Source: Candidatus Moraniibacteriota bacterium
Lineage (GTDB): Bacteria; Patescibacteriota; Minisyncoccia; Moranbacterales; GCA-2747515
Direction: 5' to 3'
Length of the DNA: 64,000 nucleotides
Assembly: GCA_046116545.1 (NCBI GenBank)
Contig: CP175956.1
Location: 77,219 to 141,218, forward strand
The notes below the pieces were generated by a model that saw only the letters and a list, made by a program, of their open reading frames with translations, ran no database searches and was not told where the DNA came from. How positions within the stretch are numbered: the first letter of the stretch is position 1; each line of letters opens with the position of its first letter. Positions 18,334 to 28,483 of this stretch are shown one piece after another. A program made the position numbers and the translations under genes.

Positions 18334-19842
18334 TTGATATACTGTTTATATATTCACATTGAAATAAATACTAAAATGTTACATAAAAAAAATATTACAA
18401 TTGCAAATTCAACAATATTCTTAACTATCCTGTGCTTATTATTTTTTGGCATGACTAAATTTTCTTTTGCTGCTGAGTGGCGCTATGAGGGGGTTGCCTA
18501 TTATGTACCAACCTCATCAAGTAATAACCTTCCTATATATCGATTTTATTCTCCGAAAAATAAATCTCATTTCTTTACAAAGTCAAAATCAGAAAAAGAT
18601 GCTATTATCAAAAAATATCCTACAACAGAGTGGAGATATGAAGGAGTTGCCTATTATGTGCCAAAGTCCTCAACAGGAAACCAGGCTGTTTATCGATTTT
18701 ATTCTCCTAGCAAAAAAACACATTTCTTTACAAAATCAAAATCAGAAAAAGATGCTATTATCAAAAAATATCCCACAACAGAGTGGCGATATGAAGGAGT
18801 CGCATATTATGTGCCAATAACTTCTACTAACAATAAACCTGTATATCGATTTTACAATACTATAAACAAGGCACATTTTTTTACAGCCTCAGAAAGTGAA
18901 AAGATTAGGTTAACTGCTAGTATTTATGGACCGTATATTTCTATTGGACTTCATGAATATTCACGTAGCACACTAAAAGACTCTGCATTCAAAATTGACT
19001 CAAAAAAAGATTATCTCATCAAAGACAAAAATGGTACAACAATTGCAAAAATTAAGGCTGGTGTACAAACAAAAGTTAAATATGATTCTGATGGAAATTT
19101 AAAAATATATAATTCCATATCAGAAAAAAAAGTTAATAAAGAGGTTAGATTTGAAGCAGCTGATGGAAACAATAGTGGTATGATATTTGATATACACAAA
19201 CCAGAATCTGATTTTGATGAATACCGTGGCAAAACAAAACTACGTTATAGTGATACAAGCAAAAATATTTGGGTTATCAATGAATTACCATTGGAATATT
19301 ATATTTGGGGTATGGGTGAAATCACTGGAACAGGTCCAATGGAATATAATAAAATGATGACCACAGCATATCGTACATATGGTTATTGGAAAATCCTCTA
19401 TTCCACCAAGTATGCTACTGAAGGATTTAAAGTAAATGCAACGCCTGGTAATCAAATTTATTATGGTTATGAATGGGAAAAAAGGTATCCTCGTATTAGA
19501 GAAGGAGCTGAATCAACACGTGGGAAAATTGCAAAACATGGTGATGATGTGGCATTAACTCCTTACTCAAGCTGGACTGATGGCAAGACACGTAGTTTTG
19601 AAGAACATTGGGGATCAACACTATATCCATGGTGTCAGTCTGTATCAGACCCTTATGGTGATTATAATGGTGACTATTGGGACAATTCATATAAAAGTAC
19701 ATCCGACCTTGTAGCAAGTGGCAATCATATGGTAGGTATCAGTGCACATGGAGCACTAACACTAGCAAATGATAAAAATTGGAATTGGGACAGAATTATG
19801 AAATACTATTTAGATGGAATTAATATTGTTTCAATTTATTAA
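18334..19842 (+). CDS. Secreted SpoIID/LytB-domain protein with three N-terminal 42-aa tandem repeats
   Basis: Signal peptide, then three copies of EWRYEGVAYYVP...PVYRFYSP.NK.HFFT.S.SEK. The C-terminal domain has SpoIID-like motifs INELPLEYYIWGMGEI...AYRTYGYW and YPWCQSVSDP. Confidence 0.65.
   Translation: MIYCLYIHIEINTKMLHKKNITIANSTIFLTILCLLFFGMTKFSFAAEWRYEGVAYYVPTSSSNNLPIYRFYSPKNKSHFFTKSKSEKDAIIKKYPTTEWRYEGVAYYVPKSSTGNQAVYRFYSPSKKTHFFTKSKSEKDAIIKKYPTTEWRYEGVAYYVPITSTNNKPVYRFYNTINKAHFFTASESEKIRLTASIYGPYISIGLHEYSRSTLKDSAFKIDSKKDYLIKDKNGTTIAKIKAGVQTKVKYDSDGNLKIYNSISEKKVNKEVRFEAADGNNSGMIFDIHKPESDFDEYRGKTKLRYSDTSKNIWVINELPLEYYIWGMGEITGTGPMEYNKMMTTAYRTYGYWKILYSTKYATEGFKVNATPGNQIYYGYEWEKRYPRIREGAESTRGKIAKHGDDVALTPYSSWTDGKTRSFEEHWGSTLYPWCQSVSDPYGDYNGDYWDNSYKSTSDLVASGNHMVGISAHGALTLANDKNWNWDRIMKYYLDGINIVSIY
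18475..18860 (+). repeat. Three 126-bp (42-aa) tandem coding repeats
   Basis: Periodicity is visible in the DNA and in the protein. The alternate-frame ORF 18467..18820 is an artefact of this periodicity. Confidence 0.8.
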
Positions 19843-19850
19843 TAACCACC

Positions 19851-19980
19851 ACTCAATCACCTCCTTTAAAAGGAGGTGAGATAAAAACTAAACTAAACAG
19901 AATTAAAGTTAAGTTAAATTAATCATACTATCCTCTCCCCTTTTTAAGGGGGAGATGTCCGAAGGACAGAGGGGGTTTTG
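19851..19980. repeat. Hairpin element family B (part 1 variant + ctaaa x2 + part 2)
   Basis: tcacctcctttaaaaggaggtga ... ctctcccctttttaagggggagatgtccgaaggacagagggggtt. Confidence 0.7.
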
Positions 19981-20024
19981 CAACAATTTTCTAGACATTT
20001 TCAAATCTATTTAATAACAATAAT

Positions 20025-20528
20025 ATGAAAAAAATATTGATAATAATTTATATACTAATATTTATTGCTCTTGCCTATTATGTTGTAACCATGTTTATAC
20101 GTAGAGACCATACTAAAGTGGATACAAAACAGGAAATTAAAATAGAGTCCTCTATAGAGTACTCCACAAAAGACTCTACAGAGAATTCTGCAGAAAATGA
20201 TTCAGCTGATAATGAAATAACTAATACTATTGAAACTACTCCAGAAAATACTGCCTATGATATAACAACTGAAGATTGTACTACTGAATGTATTAATATC
20301 GAAATTGATTCTAAAAAAGACTACTGTCTACAAGTTTGTGGCCTTATGGGCACCTCAAATGGCGAATCATGCAATGATTTAACTAAAATTGAAAGGGACT
20401 ACTGTTTAAGAAACGCTGCAATATCAGAAAAAAATATAGAAAAATGTAATGACATAAATGATGGTGGCATAAAGAAACAATGTGAAAATAGATTAAAAGA
20501 AGATCTTATTGATGAAATGATGCAATAA
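20025..20528 (+). CDS. Membrane-anchored Cys-rich hypothetical protein
   Basis: N-terminal TM helix, S/T/E-rich linker, and a C-terminal domain with 8 Cys. Confidence 0.4.
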   Translation: MKKILIIIYILIFIALAYYVVTMFIRRDHTKVDTKQEIKIESSIEYSTKDSTENSAENDSADNEITNTIETTPENTAYDITTEDCTTECINIEIDSKKDYCLQVCGLMGTSNGESCNDLTKIERDYCLRNAAISEKNIEKCNDINDGGIKKQCENRLKEDLIDEMMQ

Positions 20529-20604
20529 AAATAATTATCATTATTAAGAGAGATTAATAAAACATCCAGAGCTGAAAGCTACTTAAAATAACACTAGAAA
20601 AATC

Positions 20605-22467
20605 ATGAGAAACATCAAAAATATATATCTAATAATACTTGCATTATTTTTAATAGCATTTCCCACAGTAATTCATGCACAATCAAAATTGCCATCAATC
20701 CCCATACAATCAATCGCAGCTGAAAAAAACTATGTTGAAGGTGAAGTAATTGTAAAATATAAAATAAATACAAAAAAACAACAATTACTAAAAACATCTA
20801 CAGAAAAAAATGAATCACCAAGACTACTGCAATCTCTACAGGAAACACAATCCATGCATGATCTAAAAATAAAAAATACATTCAAAAATTTAAATATCAC
20901 AACATTACAATCAGATATACAATCAACCCAAGATTTAATAACTAAACTAGAACAAGATCCTGAAGTGGAATATGCGGAACCTAACTACAGAAAATATCCT
21001 ACATCAATACCAAATGATACTTATTTCAAAAGTACACAATGGGCACTATACAATACAGGACAGGAACTTTGTACACCTGACTGCACTACAGGAACAATCG
21101 ATGATGATATTGACGCAACAAATGCTTGGGATATAGAGATTAGTGCTGCCCAAAAAATAACCGTTGCAGTAATAGACAGTGGCTTAAATTATAATCACGA
21201 AGATTTATTACAAAATTTATGGAATGGTGCTAGTTGTGTAAATGAAAATGGAACAACTATACATGGTGGTTGTCCATATCATGGATGGGATTACGCCGAT
21301 AATGACAATAATCCTGCTGATACTACTGGAAGTGCGCAAGGACATGGAACAAGCGTTTCAAGTATATTTGGTGCAACAACAAATAATTCAAAAGGACTTG
21401 CAGGCATCAGTCTATATGGCAATGTAAAGGTTATGGCACTTCGATTTGATTTGGATACAATCTCTGAAATAAAAGCTATTGAATTTGCAAAAAATAATGG
21501 TGTCAAAATTATAAATGCAAGTTTTGCAGGAGATGCCTATTCACAATCAGAAAAAGATGCTATTGATGCATTTCCTGGAATATTTATAACAGCATCTGGC
21601 AACGGTGGCATTGATGGCTTACGTGATAACAATGACGTTACACCGCAATATCCATGTAATTATTCATCAAGTAATATAATATGTGTAGGTGCATCTGATC
21701 AAAATGATAATCTTGCTAGTTTTTCAAATTATGGACAAACAAGCGTTGATTTAGTGGCTCCTGGAGTAAATATATTAATTGCTTGTGATAATGTCTACTG
21801 TACTGGTGATGGTACTTCATTTTCTACACCCTACGTAACAGGTGTTGCTGCAATCTTGTCTAGCCACAATACAAAATTGTCTACATCACAAGTGAAAAGT
21901 TTAATACTTGATAATGTCGATAATGTTGGACTATCAACACAGATAAAAACGGGAGGTCGTCTTAATATGTATAAATCTCTTTACGATTTGAAAACTAGTT
22001 ACGGATATTCATACTCCACAAAACCAGTTTACAGATTCTATTCACCAAGCAATAAAGCACATTTCTTTACTGTATCCGAAACTGAAAAGAATCATATTGT
22101 TGCAACTTACCCAACCACTGAATGGCGATATGAAAATATTGCTTATTATGTACCAACAACATCTACTGGCAATAAGCCTGTGTATAGATTCTATTCACCA
22201 CGCAACAAAGCTCATTTTTTCACTGTATCAGAAACTGAAAAGAATCATATTGTTGCAACTTACCCAACCACTGAATGGCGATATGAAAATATTGCTTATT
22301 ATGTACCAACAACATCTACTGGCAATAAGCCTGTATATCGATTTTATTCTCCACGTAACAAAGCACATTTCTTTACTGTATCAGAAAGTGAAAAGAATCA
22401 TATTGTTGCAACTTACCCAACCACTGAATGGCGATATGAAAATATTGCTTATTATGTACCAAAATAA
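20605..22467 (+). CDS. Secreted subtilisin-like serine protease (peptidase S8) with three C-terminal 42-aa tandem repeats
   Basis: Signal peptide. Catalytic triad motifs VAVIDSG (Asp), HGTSVSS (His) and GTSFSTPYVTGVAA (Ser). The C-terminus has three near-identical repeats PVYRFYSPRNKAHFFTVSETEKNHIVATYPTTEWRYENIAYYVP. Confidence 0.85.
   Translation: MRNIKNIYLIILALFLIAFPTVIHAQSKLPSIPIQSIAAEKNYVEGEVIVKYKINTKKQQLLKTSTEKNESPRLLQSLQETQSMHDLKIKNTFKNLNITTLQSDIQSTQDLITKLEQDPEVEYAEPNYRKYPTSIPNDTYFKSTQWALYNTGQELCTPDCTTGTIDDDIDATNAWDIEISAAQKITVAVIDSGLNYNHEDLLQNLWNGASCVNENGTTIHGGCPYHGWDYADNDNNPADTTGSAQGHGTSVSSIFGATTNNSKGLAGISLYGNVKVMALRFDLDTISEIKAIEFAKNNGVKIINASFAGDAYSQSEKDAIDAFPGIFITASGNGGIDGLRDNNDVTPQYPCNYSSSNIICVGASDQNDNLASFSNYGQTSVDLVAPGVNILIACDNVYCTGDGTSFSTPYVTGVAAILSSHNTKLSTSQVKSLILDNVDNVGLSTQIKTGGRLNMYKSLYDLKTSYGYSYSTKPVYRFYSPSNKAHFFTVSETEKNHIVATYPTTEWRYENIAYYVPTTSTGNKPVYRFYSPRNKAHFFTVSETEKNHIVATYPTTEWRYENIAYYVPTTSTGNKPVYRFYSPRNKAHFFTVSESEKNHIVATYPTTEWRYENIAYYVPK
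22018..22464 (+). repeat. Three near-identical 126-bp tandem coding repeats
   Basis: The copies differ at only a few nucleotides. The alternate-frame ORF 22097..22525 is an artefact. Confidence 0.85.
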
Positions 22468-22540
22468 AATAATACCTACCAACTCATCGCCATTGCTAGG
22501 AAGTACAACGAAGCAATCTCAATAATAAACTCCAGCATTC

Positions 22541-22575
22541 AAAAAACACCATTAATATTTATAATGGTGTTTTTT
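22541..22575. terminator. Bidirectional hairpin terminator between convergent genes
   Basis: aaaaaacaccattaatatttataatggtgtttttt. The stem is perfect, with T-runs on both strands. Confidence 0.6.
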
Positions 22576-22588
22576 ATATAGACTTCTA

Positions 22589-23539
22589 TTATTTAAAATA
22601 CTCTCTACCATGCACAATAAAGTTTTTTATATCAGATATAAATTTCTTTATTCCTTGTTGCCTAAATGTTCTCCATCCTTTGCGAGATAATGTCAAAAAA
22701 TAATCAGTATCCATCTTGCCCAATTTGAAATATATACCTCGATGTTTCTTGCGAAAGGTTTTCATGTTTTCTTCCATCATCTCTTCAATTTCATCCTCAG
22801 TATATCGTTTTTTAAATGTTGTACGATGATTATGAAATATAAATACATCACATGCGAGTACTAACTTCCATCCAAATTTTCGTGAACGTTCTGCATAATC
22901 ATCATCATCACGAAATCCCACTCCATACTCTTCTGACAACATTCCTACCTGTTCTATAACTTCTCTCTTTAGCAATGTAGAAAAGAACGCCAATATTCCA
23001 TCTCCAACTTGATAAGTCATTCCGCTATATTGTTTATTTATGATTTTTGCATATGATTCAAAATCATCATTATAATCTGGTAAATTTTCAAATATACTCA
23101 TCTTACCTTGTAACCGTTCCACTGACTGCCAACTGTCACATGGTGATGTCAAAGGTCCTACAAGCCCGATTTCAGGATCACTTTCTGCTATTTCAATATA
23201 CCTTTCAAGCCAACTTTCCGTCACTTCAGTATCATTATTTTGAAAAATAGCATAATCAACATCCACATTTTCTAAAAATTTCTCAAGACCTTGATTTGTT
23301 CCCTGCACAAACCCAAGGTTTTCATCATTCAAAATTGCAATATGTGGAATATTATTATCATTCAAAAAATTTTGAACAATTTCCCTATCTTCTTTTTCAC
23401 TTGCATTATCAACCCAAACAATACAATAATCTTTTGTATGTTTTGCAATACTATCAAAGCAACGAATCGTATAATCCGCGTTATTCCATGTTGGTGTAAT
23501 AATATATGTCTGTACTTTTTTCATATTAAAATATTTCAT
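22589..23539 (-). CDS. GT2-family glycosyltransferase (rhamnosyl/WbbL-like), paralog group 1
   Basis: N-terminus IITPTWNNADYTIRCFDSI...VWVDNAS. DxD-like motifs. Paralogous to 28484..29419 and to the N-terminal domain of 26371..28464. Confidence 0.7.
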   Translation of the reverse strand: MKYFNMKKVQTYIITPTWNNADYTIRCFDSIAKHTKDYCIVWVDNASEKEDREIVQNFLNDNNIPHIAILNDENLGFVQGTNQGLEKFLENVDVDYAIFQNNDTEVTESWLERYIEIAESDPEIGLVGPLTSPCDSWQSVERLQGKMSIFENLPDYNDDFESYAKIINKQYSGMTYQVGDGILAFFSTLLKREVIEQVGMLSEEYGVGFRDDDDYAERSRKFGWKLVLACDVFIFHNHRTTFKKRYTEDEIEEMMEENMKTFRKKHRGIYFKLGKMDTDYFLTLSRKGWRTFRQQGIKKFISDIKNFIVHGREYFK

Positions 23540-23622
23540 AATTTTCCTATCATATTACCTGTCTTTGCGAGGAGCGTTTAGCGACGTGGCAATCTCGACA
23601 ATAATACCACTAAACTCTCTAA

Positions 23623-24765
23623 TTAAGGATTCAACAATTTCCTTATTCCTTTTTTATTAAAAATAATATAATCTATCTCATCAAAACTATCACATTGAGT
23701 CAATTCATTATCTGCACTATAACATGCATCACATCGTCTTTGTAATTTACAGATGACATCATCCTTAGCATCATTTATCACGACAAGATAGTTCATGCTA
23801 TATGCTGGCATGTACTCACTCATACGAAGTCCTTTAAGCACTATGTCAATACTATTTTGATGTATTACACGATATACAACATCCTTTTCCTGCAACACTT
23901 TTTTCATATTCATTAAACTACCTCTATCACCGATATCCATAATATAAACAAATATTTTTTTTATACGTTTTATATTCACAATTTGCTCTAATATCTTCTC
24001 ATTATCATTTTTTGCAACAATTATACATGCAATATTTCCTTTTACCTTCCTCAATATATCACCTCCATCAGAATTATCACAAATAGTCATGAGGTCGTGT
24101 TTTGTCATTACACGCATTCTTTCCATATACAATTGCACAGTAGACGTCTTAGATGTCCCATGCAATCGTTTAAACAATAGATGTTCTGATACCCTCTGTG
24201 CCTGTTTATCTTTCAAAAAAGTAAGCCAAGCATCCCAGTCCTGAAATCGTCGCACATTTTCATCAAAGCCTTTAAAATCTTTCTTCCGTATTAAAGATGT
24301 TGTGTCAATATAATTCATCTGTTGTAATGAATTATATTCAAAATTCTTTGACATCCAATACTTTCCTTGTGCTGTTGCAGCAATTAATTTCTCGTCACCA
24401 AAAACAAGATGATCCGTATACACTAAATCAATATCAGTATTTGCATCAAGCACTTTTTGAGTTTTTTCAAGAAACTTATCATCTAAATAATTGTCAGCAT
24501 CCATATTCAAAATATATTCTCCTTTTGACTTTTCCAAACCAAAATTACGAGCCTTTTGAACAGATTCAAAATCAGCAACAAAATACTGCACCAAATCATT
24601 ATCAGTGTATTTTTTCATAACATCCTCAGTATTATCTGAACTAGCATCATTTATAACAATAATTTCAACCGGTAATACACTTTGCGCAAGCAAAGAATCC
24701 ACACACTGTTCAAGATAACATGCGTAATTATGTGCTGTAACAATAATAGTTGTTTTTTGATTCAT
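23623..24765 (-). CDS. GT2-family glycosyltransferase with a C-terminal extension
   Basis: Motifs IIVTAHNYACYLEQCVDSLLAQS...IIVINDASSDNT and MDADNYLDD. Confidence 0.7.
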   Translation of the reverse strand: MNQKTTIIVTAHNYACYLEQCVDSLLAQSVLPVEIIVINDASSDNTEDVMKKYTDNDLVQYFVADFESVQKARNFGLEKSKGEYILNMDADNYLDDKFLEKTQKVLDANTDIDLVYTDHLVFGDEKLIAATAQGKYWMSKNFEYNSLQQMNYIDTTSLIRKKDFKGFDENVRRFQDWDAWLTFLKDKQAQRVSEHLLFKRLHGTSKTSTVQLYMERMRVMTKHDLMTICDNSDGGDILRKVKGNIACIIVAKNDNEKILEQIVNIKRIKKIFVYIMDIGDRGSLMNMKKVLQEKDVVYRVIHQNSIDIVLKGLRMSEYMPAYSMNYLVVINDAKDDVICKLQRRCDACYSADNELTQCDSFDEIDYIIFNKKGIRKLLNP

Positions 24766-24820
24766 TTATTTATAGTCACTAAAAATATATCTATATCCAA
24801 TAATACTACAATCAACTCCA

Positions 24821-24926
24821 CGAAGCAATCTCAAAAAGAACACTCCTCTGTCTTTGCGTCAAGGTGAATTGAGCTCTGCTCAAGAGAGGGACCACCTGGG
24901 TGGAGGAGGTACGACGAAGCAATCTC
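24821..24926. repeat. Palindromic element family A, long variant (intergenic)
   Basis: cgaagcaatctc ... gtctttgcgtcaaggtgaattgagctctgctcaagagagggaccacctgggtggaggaggtacgacgaagcaatctc. ORF 24854..25048 is a read-through of this element. Confidence 0.8.
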
Positions 24927-24933
24927 CACAAGA

Positions 24934-26346
24934 CTATACAAAACAACTCTCCTTATCAAATCCCTTTCTCTCCCCTCTACCACTCTGTTCAATGAAAAAT
25001 GCATCATCCTTTTTATACGTATGCTCACCATGTCGCACACGGATATAATTATATCTATGTGTCGAATAAGCAGAATCACCATTCTCAATGATACGCCCCA
25101 CTAACTCAGCATCAATTGACTTTTTTATACTGGCAAACTTATATTTTTTCATGTCATCTGTTCGTATCAATATAGTTCCACCAGGCAGATGTGACCACCA
25201 ACGATCCTCCGCCTGCTCTCCAAACTCTATCATGACATCACTTTGCTCCAGATACGTAAAATTACCAGTCTTACCCACAATAGTAGCTTGTGAATAATGC
25301 AAGGCAAGATAGATATCATCTAAATGATTTGGACCATAATAATCATCATCATCCATTTTTGTAATATAATCTCCTGTGGCATTATCAACTCCAATATTTA
25401 AATTGTCTCCAAAAATTGTTAATGCATCTTTTTGTATAATCCTCACATCATAAGCCAAGTTCAATGTTTTAGATTTTATTTCATCAACATCAAACTCATC
25501 TCCATGCAATATCAAAATCAATTCTTTATTTGGATAATTTTGCAAAGAAATATTTTCAAATAATTGATTAATGTTCTCTGGACGCATAGTCGAAACAATG
25601 ATTGAAATTTTTTCCAACTTCTTTTTTTCAGACATGTTTATTTGTCCAAACTCAGTCATAACATATCGCCTCAAAACAATACTAAGTTTTTCTCTATAAA
25701 ACAAATCTTCACACTTCATTACAAATTCATCGGCATCATCATATGAACCAATGAAATTCATATATTCTTTTGGTATATATTTTTCCAAAGATGCTTTATC
25801 TCCCACTATCAAAGGCGCTCCCATTGCCATCAATTTCAATACACACCTAGTATAAGCATATTTTGTCTCAAATAATTCATCATCACAAATAACTACACTA
25901 CATAACTTCAATTTTTCTTTATCATATTTATCAGAAAAATCAACAAAATATTTTTTAATTTCGCTATAATTACTAAAATGCTTATCAAAAATACCTGTTT
26001 TAAATAAACTTTTCAGTTTCTTATTATTTCGCCTCTCCCCCACAATACAAATTTTTTCATTAGGATTATTTTGCCAATTGATTGGATTGTATTTCAATAT
26101 ATCTACAATACATTTGGCATTCTTCACATCATTTTCATCACACCCGCACATCTCATCAATTTTCTTACTACCATTTGCTACAAATATCAATTCTTTATTT
26201 TTATTTTCAAATAATATTTTACAGCAATTAACTGGCAGAGTAATGATTTTTACAGAACTTTTTACAGAACGAAAAAATAGCGCCTTTAGCCGCTCTTTTT
26301 TCGTTTCAAAAGTTAAAATATTTTCGATAATATTTAGATTTTTCAT
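24934..26346 (-). CDS. Two-domain protein with a C-terminal GT2-like glycosyltransferase domain
   Basis: C-terminal half has SIIVSTMRPENINQLFENISLQNY...LILHGDEFD and a DDD motif. Confidence 0.5.
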   Translation of the reverse strand: MKNLNIIENILTFETKKERLKALFFRSVKSSVKIITLPVNCCKILFENKNKELIFVANGSKKIDEMCGCDENDVKNAKCIVDILKYNPINWQNNPNEKICIVGERRNNKKLKSLFKTGIFDKHFSNYSEIKKYFVDFSDKYDKEKLKLCSVVICDDELFETKYAYTRCVLKLMAMGAPLIVGDKASLEKYIPKEYMNFIGSYDDADEFVMKCEDLFYREKLSIVLRRYVMTEFGQINMSEKKKLEKISIIVSTMRPENINQLFENISLQNYPNKELILILHGDEFDVDEIKSKTLNLAYDVRIIQKDALTIFGDNLNIGVDNATGDYITKMDDDDYYGPNHLDDIYLALHYSQATIVGKTGNFTYLEQSDVMIEFGEQAEDRWWSHLPGGTILIRTDDMKKYKFASIKKSIDAELVGRIIENGDSAYSTHRYNYIRVRHGEHTYKKDDAFFIEQSGRGERKGFDKESCFV

Positions 26347-26370
26347 TAATTTTATCTAAAACTATAAAAA

Positions 26371-28464
26371 TTAATTTATATCATCTGTATCCACAATCAT
26401 ATCAGTTGGAGCAAAGAATTTTCTATTTTTTTGAGGAAAATCAATATAACAATTTGAAATATTTATACTTTCATGCCATTTTTTATGAGATTTACTATAT
26501 TTTTTTCTAATTTCTGATATGCCATTATTTGTATTTGTGCCAGTGTCAGGATGATTAGTTAATGAACCTGCTTCATTTAAACAAAACATTGATACAAAAT
26601 ATTGATCTATGAATTCATCCTTATCCACAACAGCTCTTAATCTTCCTATAAATTCACTATCTGCACCATATTTAATATTATCCCAATATCCTATATATTT
26701 CTCTAAAAATGTTCTTTCTATTAAACAAGATATTGATGCTACTCTCATAACACCATCTTTTGAAAATGGATCTTCTTCTTGAATTTGAAACTCTCCTTGG
26801 TATGTCAACCTCAACATTCTAGCTAGTACAACCTTAGCATTTGTGTCTATGATATCTTCCATTTGTCTTTCAATTCTTTGAGGATGTGCCCAATCATCAG
26901 CATCATGTCCTGTAATGTAATCACCAGACACTTGTTTTAAAGCAATATTTTTTGATACATAAGGGCCAACATTTTGCTTATTATTTATAATTTTTATACG
27001 TTCATCATTATTAGCAAGAGATTGAATGATATCCCATGTATTATCAGAACTTTTATCATTAATGATAATAAGTTCTATATTTTTCCATGTCTGTGACAAC
27101 ACTGAGTCTACAGCCATCTCTATCGTATCCTCTGCATTGTATACTGGCATAATAACACTAACAACTGGACCATCTACTATATTTTTTTCTATTTTGCAAT
27201 GAAATCGATCAAATAAAGTATTTTTATTTTTTTTCAAAAATACTGGAGCTAACCTAAAACCTTCCAAATAAGCGTTAATATGTTTAAGCCATTTTTCCTC
27301 ATTACCTATATTCATATTTGCACTCAAAATATCAATTGCATCCCTATTTTTTTTTGATACATTTTTTTTTGCATGCAACAAAGATTCTTCTTTATCGTTG
27401 TCAATTTTAAATAATTTATATGCCCTTAATAATGCATCTTTAGTAGAAGGTTTTTCCGTTATTATTTTAAATAAATTAAATGGGAATGTTAATAGCTTAT
27501 ATGGCTTTCGCAAACTTCGAAAAAATAAGTCTCCCAAACGAAAACTCCTTGATTCTTTTAATTCCAAAACTTGCCTATTATTTTCCTGGATTTGTTTATT
27601 ATTTTCTTTTTTTTGATCTCGTAGTATACACCGTAATTCATCAATGTCATTTATATTTTCGAGATTTTTATTTCTATATTTTCCCTTGCCAAATTTTTGA
27701 TCTAATATTTTTTTATTACTTTTCTGCAAATCAACTATTTCATTCTCTGAATAAATTGATTTGAATGTTGTTCTATGATTATGAAAAATAAATACATCTT
27801 TAGCAAGAGCAACTCTCCAGCCAGCATTCATGGCACGATGATTAAAATCATTATCATCTCCAAAGCCAATGCCATATTCTTCAGCCAATAGACCTATGTC
27901 TTCAAATACTTCACTACGTATTAACGCACAAAAAAATGCTATGTAACGATAATCAGCAAGCACTTGTCTGTCATATCTTTTTGCAACTTTCTTTGCATAA
28001 CCTTCATTATCTTTTTTATATTCAGGAAAATCTGCAAACCCATCAACTTTATTTTTCAAATTATTTACAGATTGCCAACTGCCCTCAGTAGGAGAAACAA
28101 CAGTTCCCACTATACCCATTTTCTCGTCACTATTTAAAACTCTCGCCATTCTTTCAAGCCATCCAGCATATACTTCAACATCATTATTCAATAAAACAAT
28201 TTTTTTAACTTTATCATTTAAAGCAAGTTTCACACCTTGATTTGTAGCCTTTACAAAACCAAGATTTTTTTCATTAGAAATTAGAATATATGGTATATCA
28301 TTATTCATCAAAAAATCCTTAACTTCCTTCTTATCTTTTATATTAGATCCATTGTCTACCCAGATGATTTTATAATTCTCTGTATTCTTTGCCACGCTTT
28401 TAAAACAACGAATTGTATAATCCGCATTGTTCCAAGTTGGTGTAATAATATATATTGTAGACAT
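26371..28464 (-). CDS. Dual-domain glycosyltransferase: an N-terminal GT2 (paralog group 1) plus a C-terminal second GT2 domain
   Basis: N-terminus IITPTWNNADYTIRCFKSV...WVDNGS. C-terminal domain VSVIMPVYNAEDTIEMAVDSVLSQT...IIINDKSSDNT...HDADDW. Confidence 0.7.
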   Translation of the reverse strand: MSTIYIITPTWNNADYTIRCFKSVAKNTENYKIIWVDNGSNIKDKKEVKDFLMNNDIPYILISNEKNLGFVKATNQGVKLALNDKVKKIVLLNNDVEVYAGWLERMARVLNSDEKMGIVGTVVSPTEGSWQSVNNLKNKVDGFADFPEYKKDNEGYAKKVAKRYDRQVLADYRYIAFFCALIRSEVFEDIGLLAEEYGIGFGDDNDFNHRAMNAGWRVALAKDVFIFHNHRTTFKSIYSENEIVDLQKSNKKILDQKFGKGKYRNKNLENINDIDELRCILRDQKKENNKQIQENNRQVLELKESRSFRLGDLFFRSLRKPYKLLTFPFNLFKIITEKPSTKDALLRAYKLFKIDNDKEESLLHAKKNVSKKNRDAIDILSANMNIGNEEKWLKHINAYLEGFRLAPVFLKKNKNTLFDRFHCKIEKNIVDGPVVSVIMPVYNAEDTIEMAVDSVLSQTWKNIELIIINDKSSDNTWDIIQSLANNDERIKIINNKQNVGPYVSKNIALKQVSGDYITGHDADDWAHPQRIERQMEDIIDTNAKVVLARMLRLTYQGEFQIQEEDPFSKDGVMRVASISCLIERTFLEKYIGYWDNIKYGADSEFIGRLRAVVDKDEFIDQYFVSMFCLNEAGSLTNHPDTGTNTNNGISEIRKKYSKSHKKWHESINISNCYIDFPQKNRKFFAPTDMIVDTDDIN

Positions 28465-28483
28465 TGATTTATATTTCTAAAAT

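Noticed and set aside
18467-18820. ORFs 18467-18820, 22097-22525 and 37181-37594, with self-similar MLL..GDMK..IM.Q translations
   Set aside because: These are alternate reading frames through the 126-bp tandem coding repeats of the three repeat-bearing proteins. Their periodicity is an artefact of the real genes.
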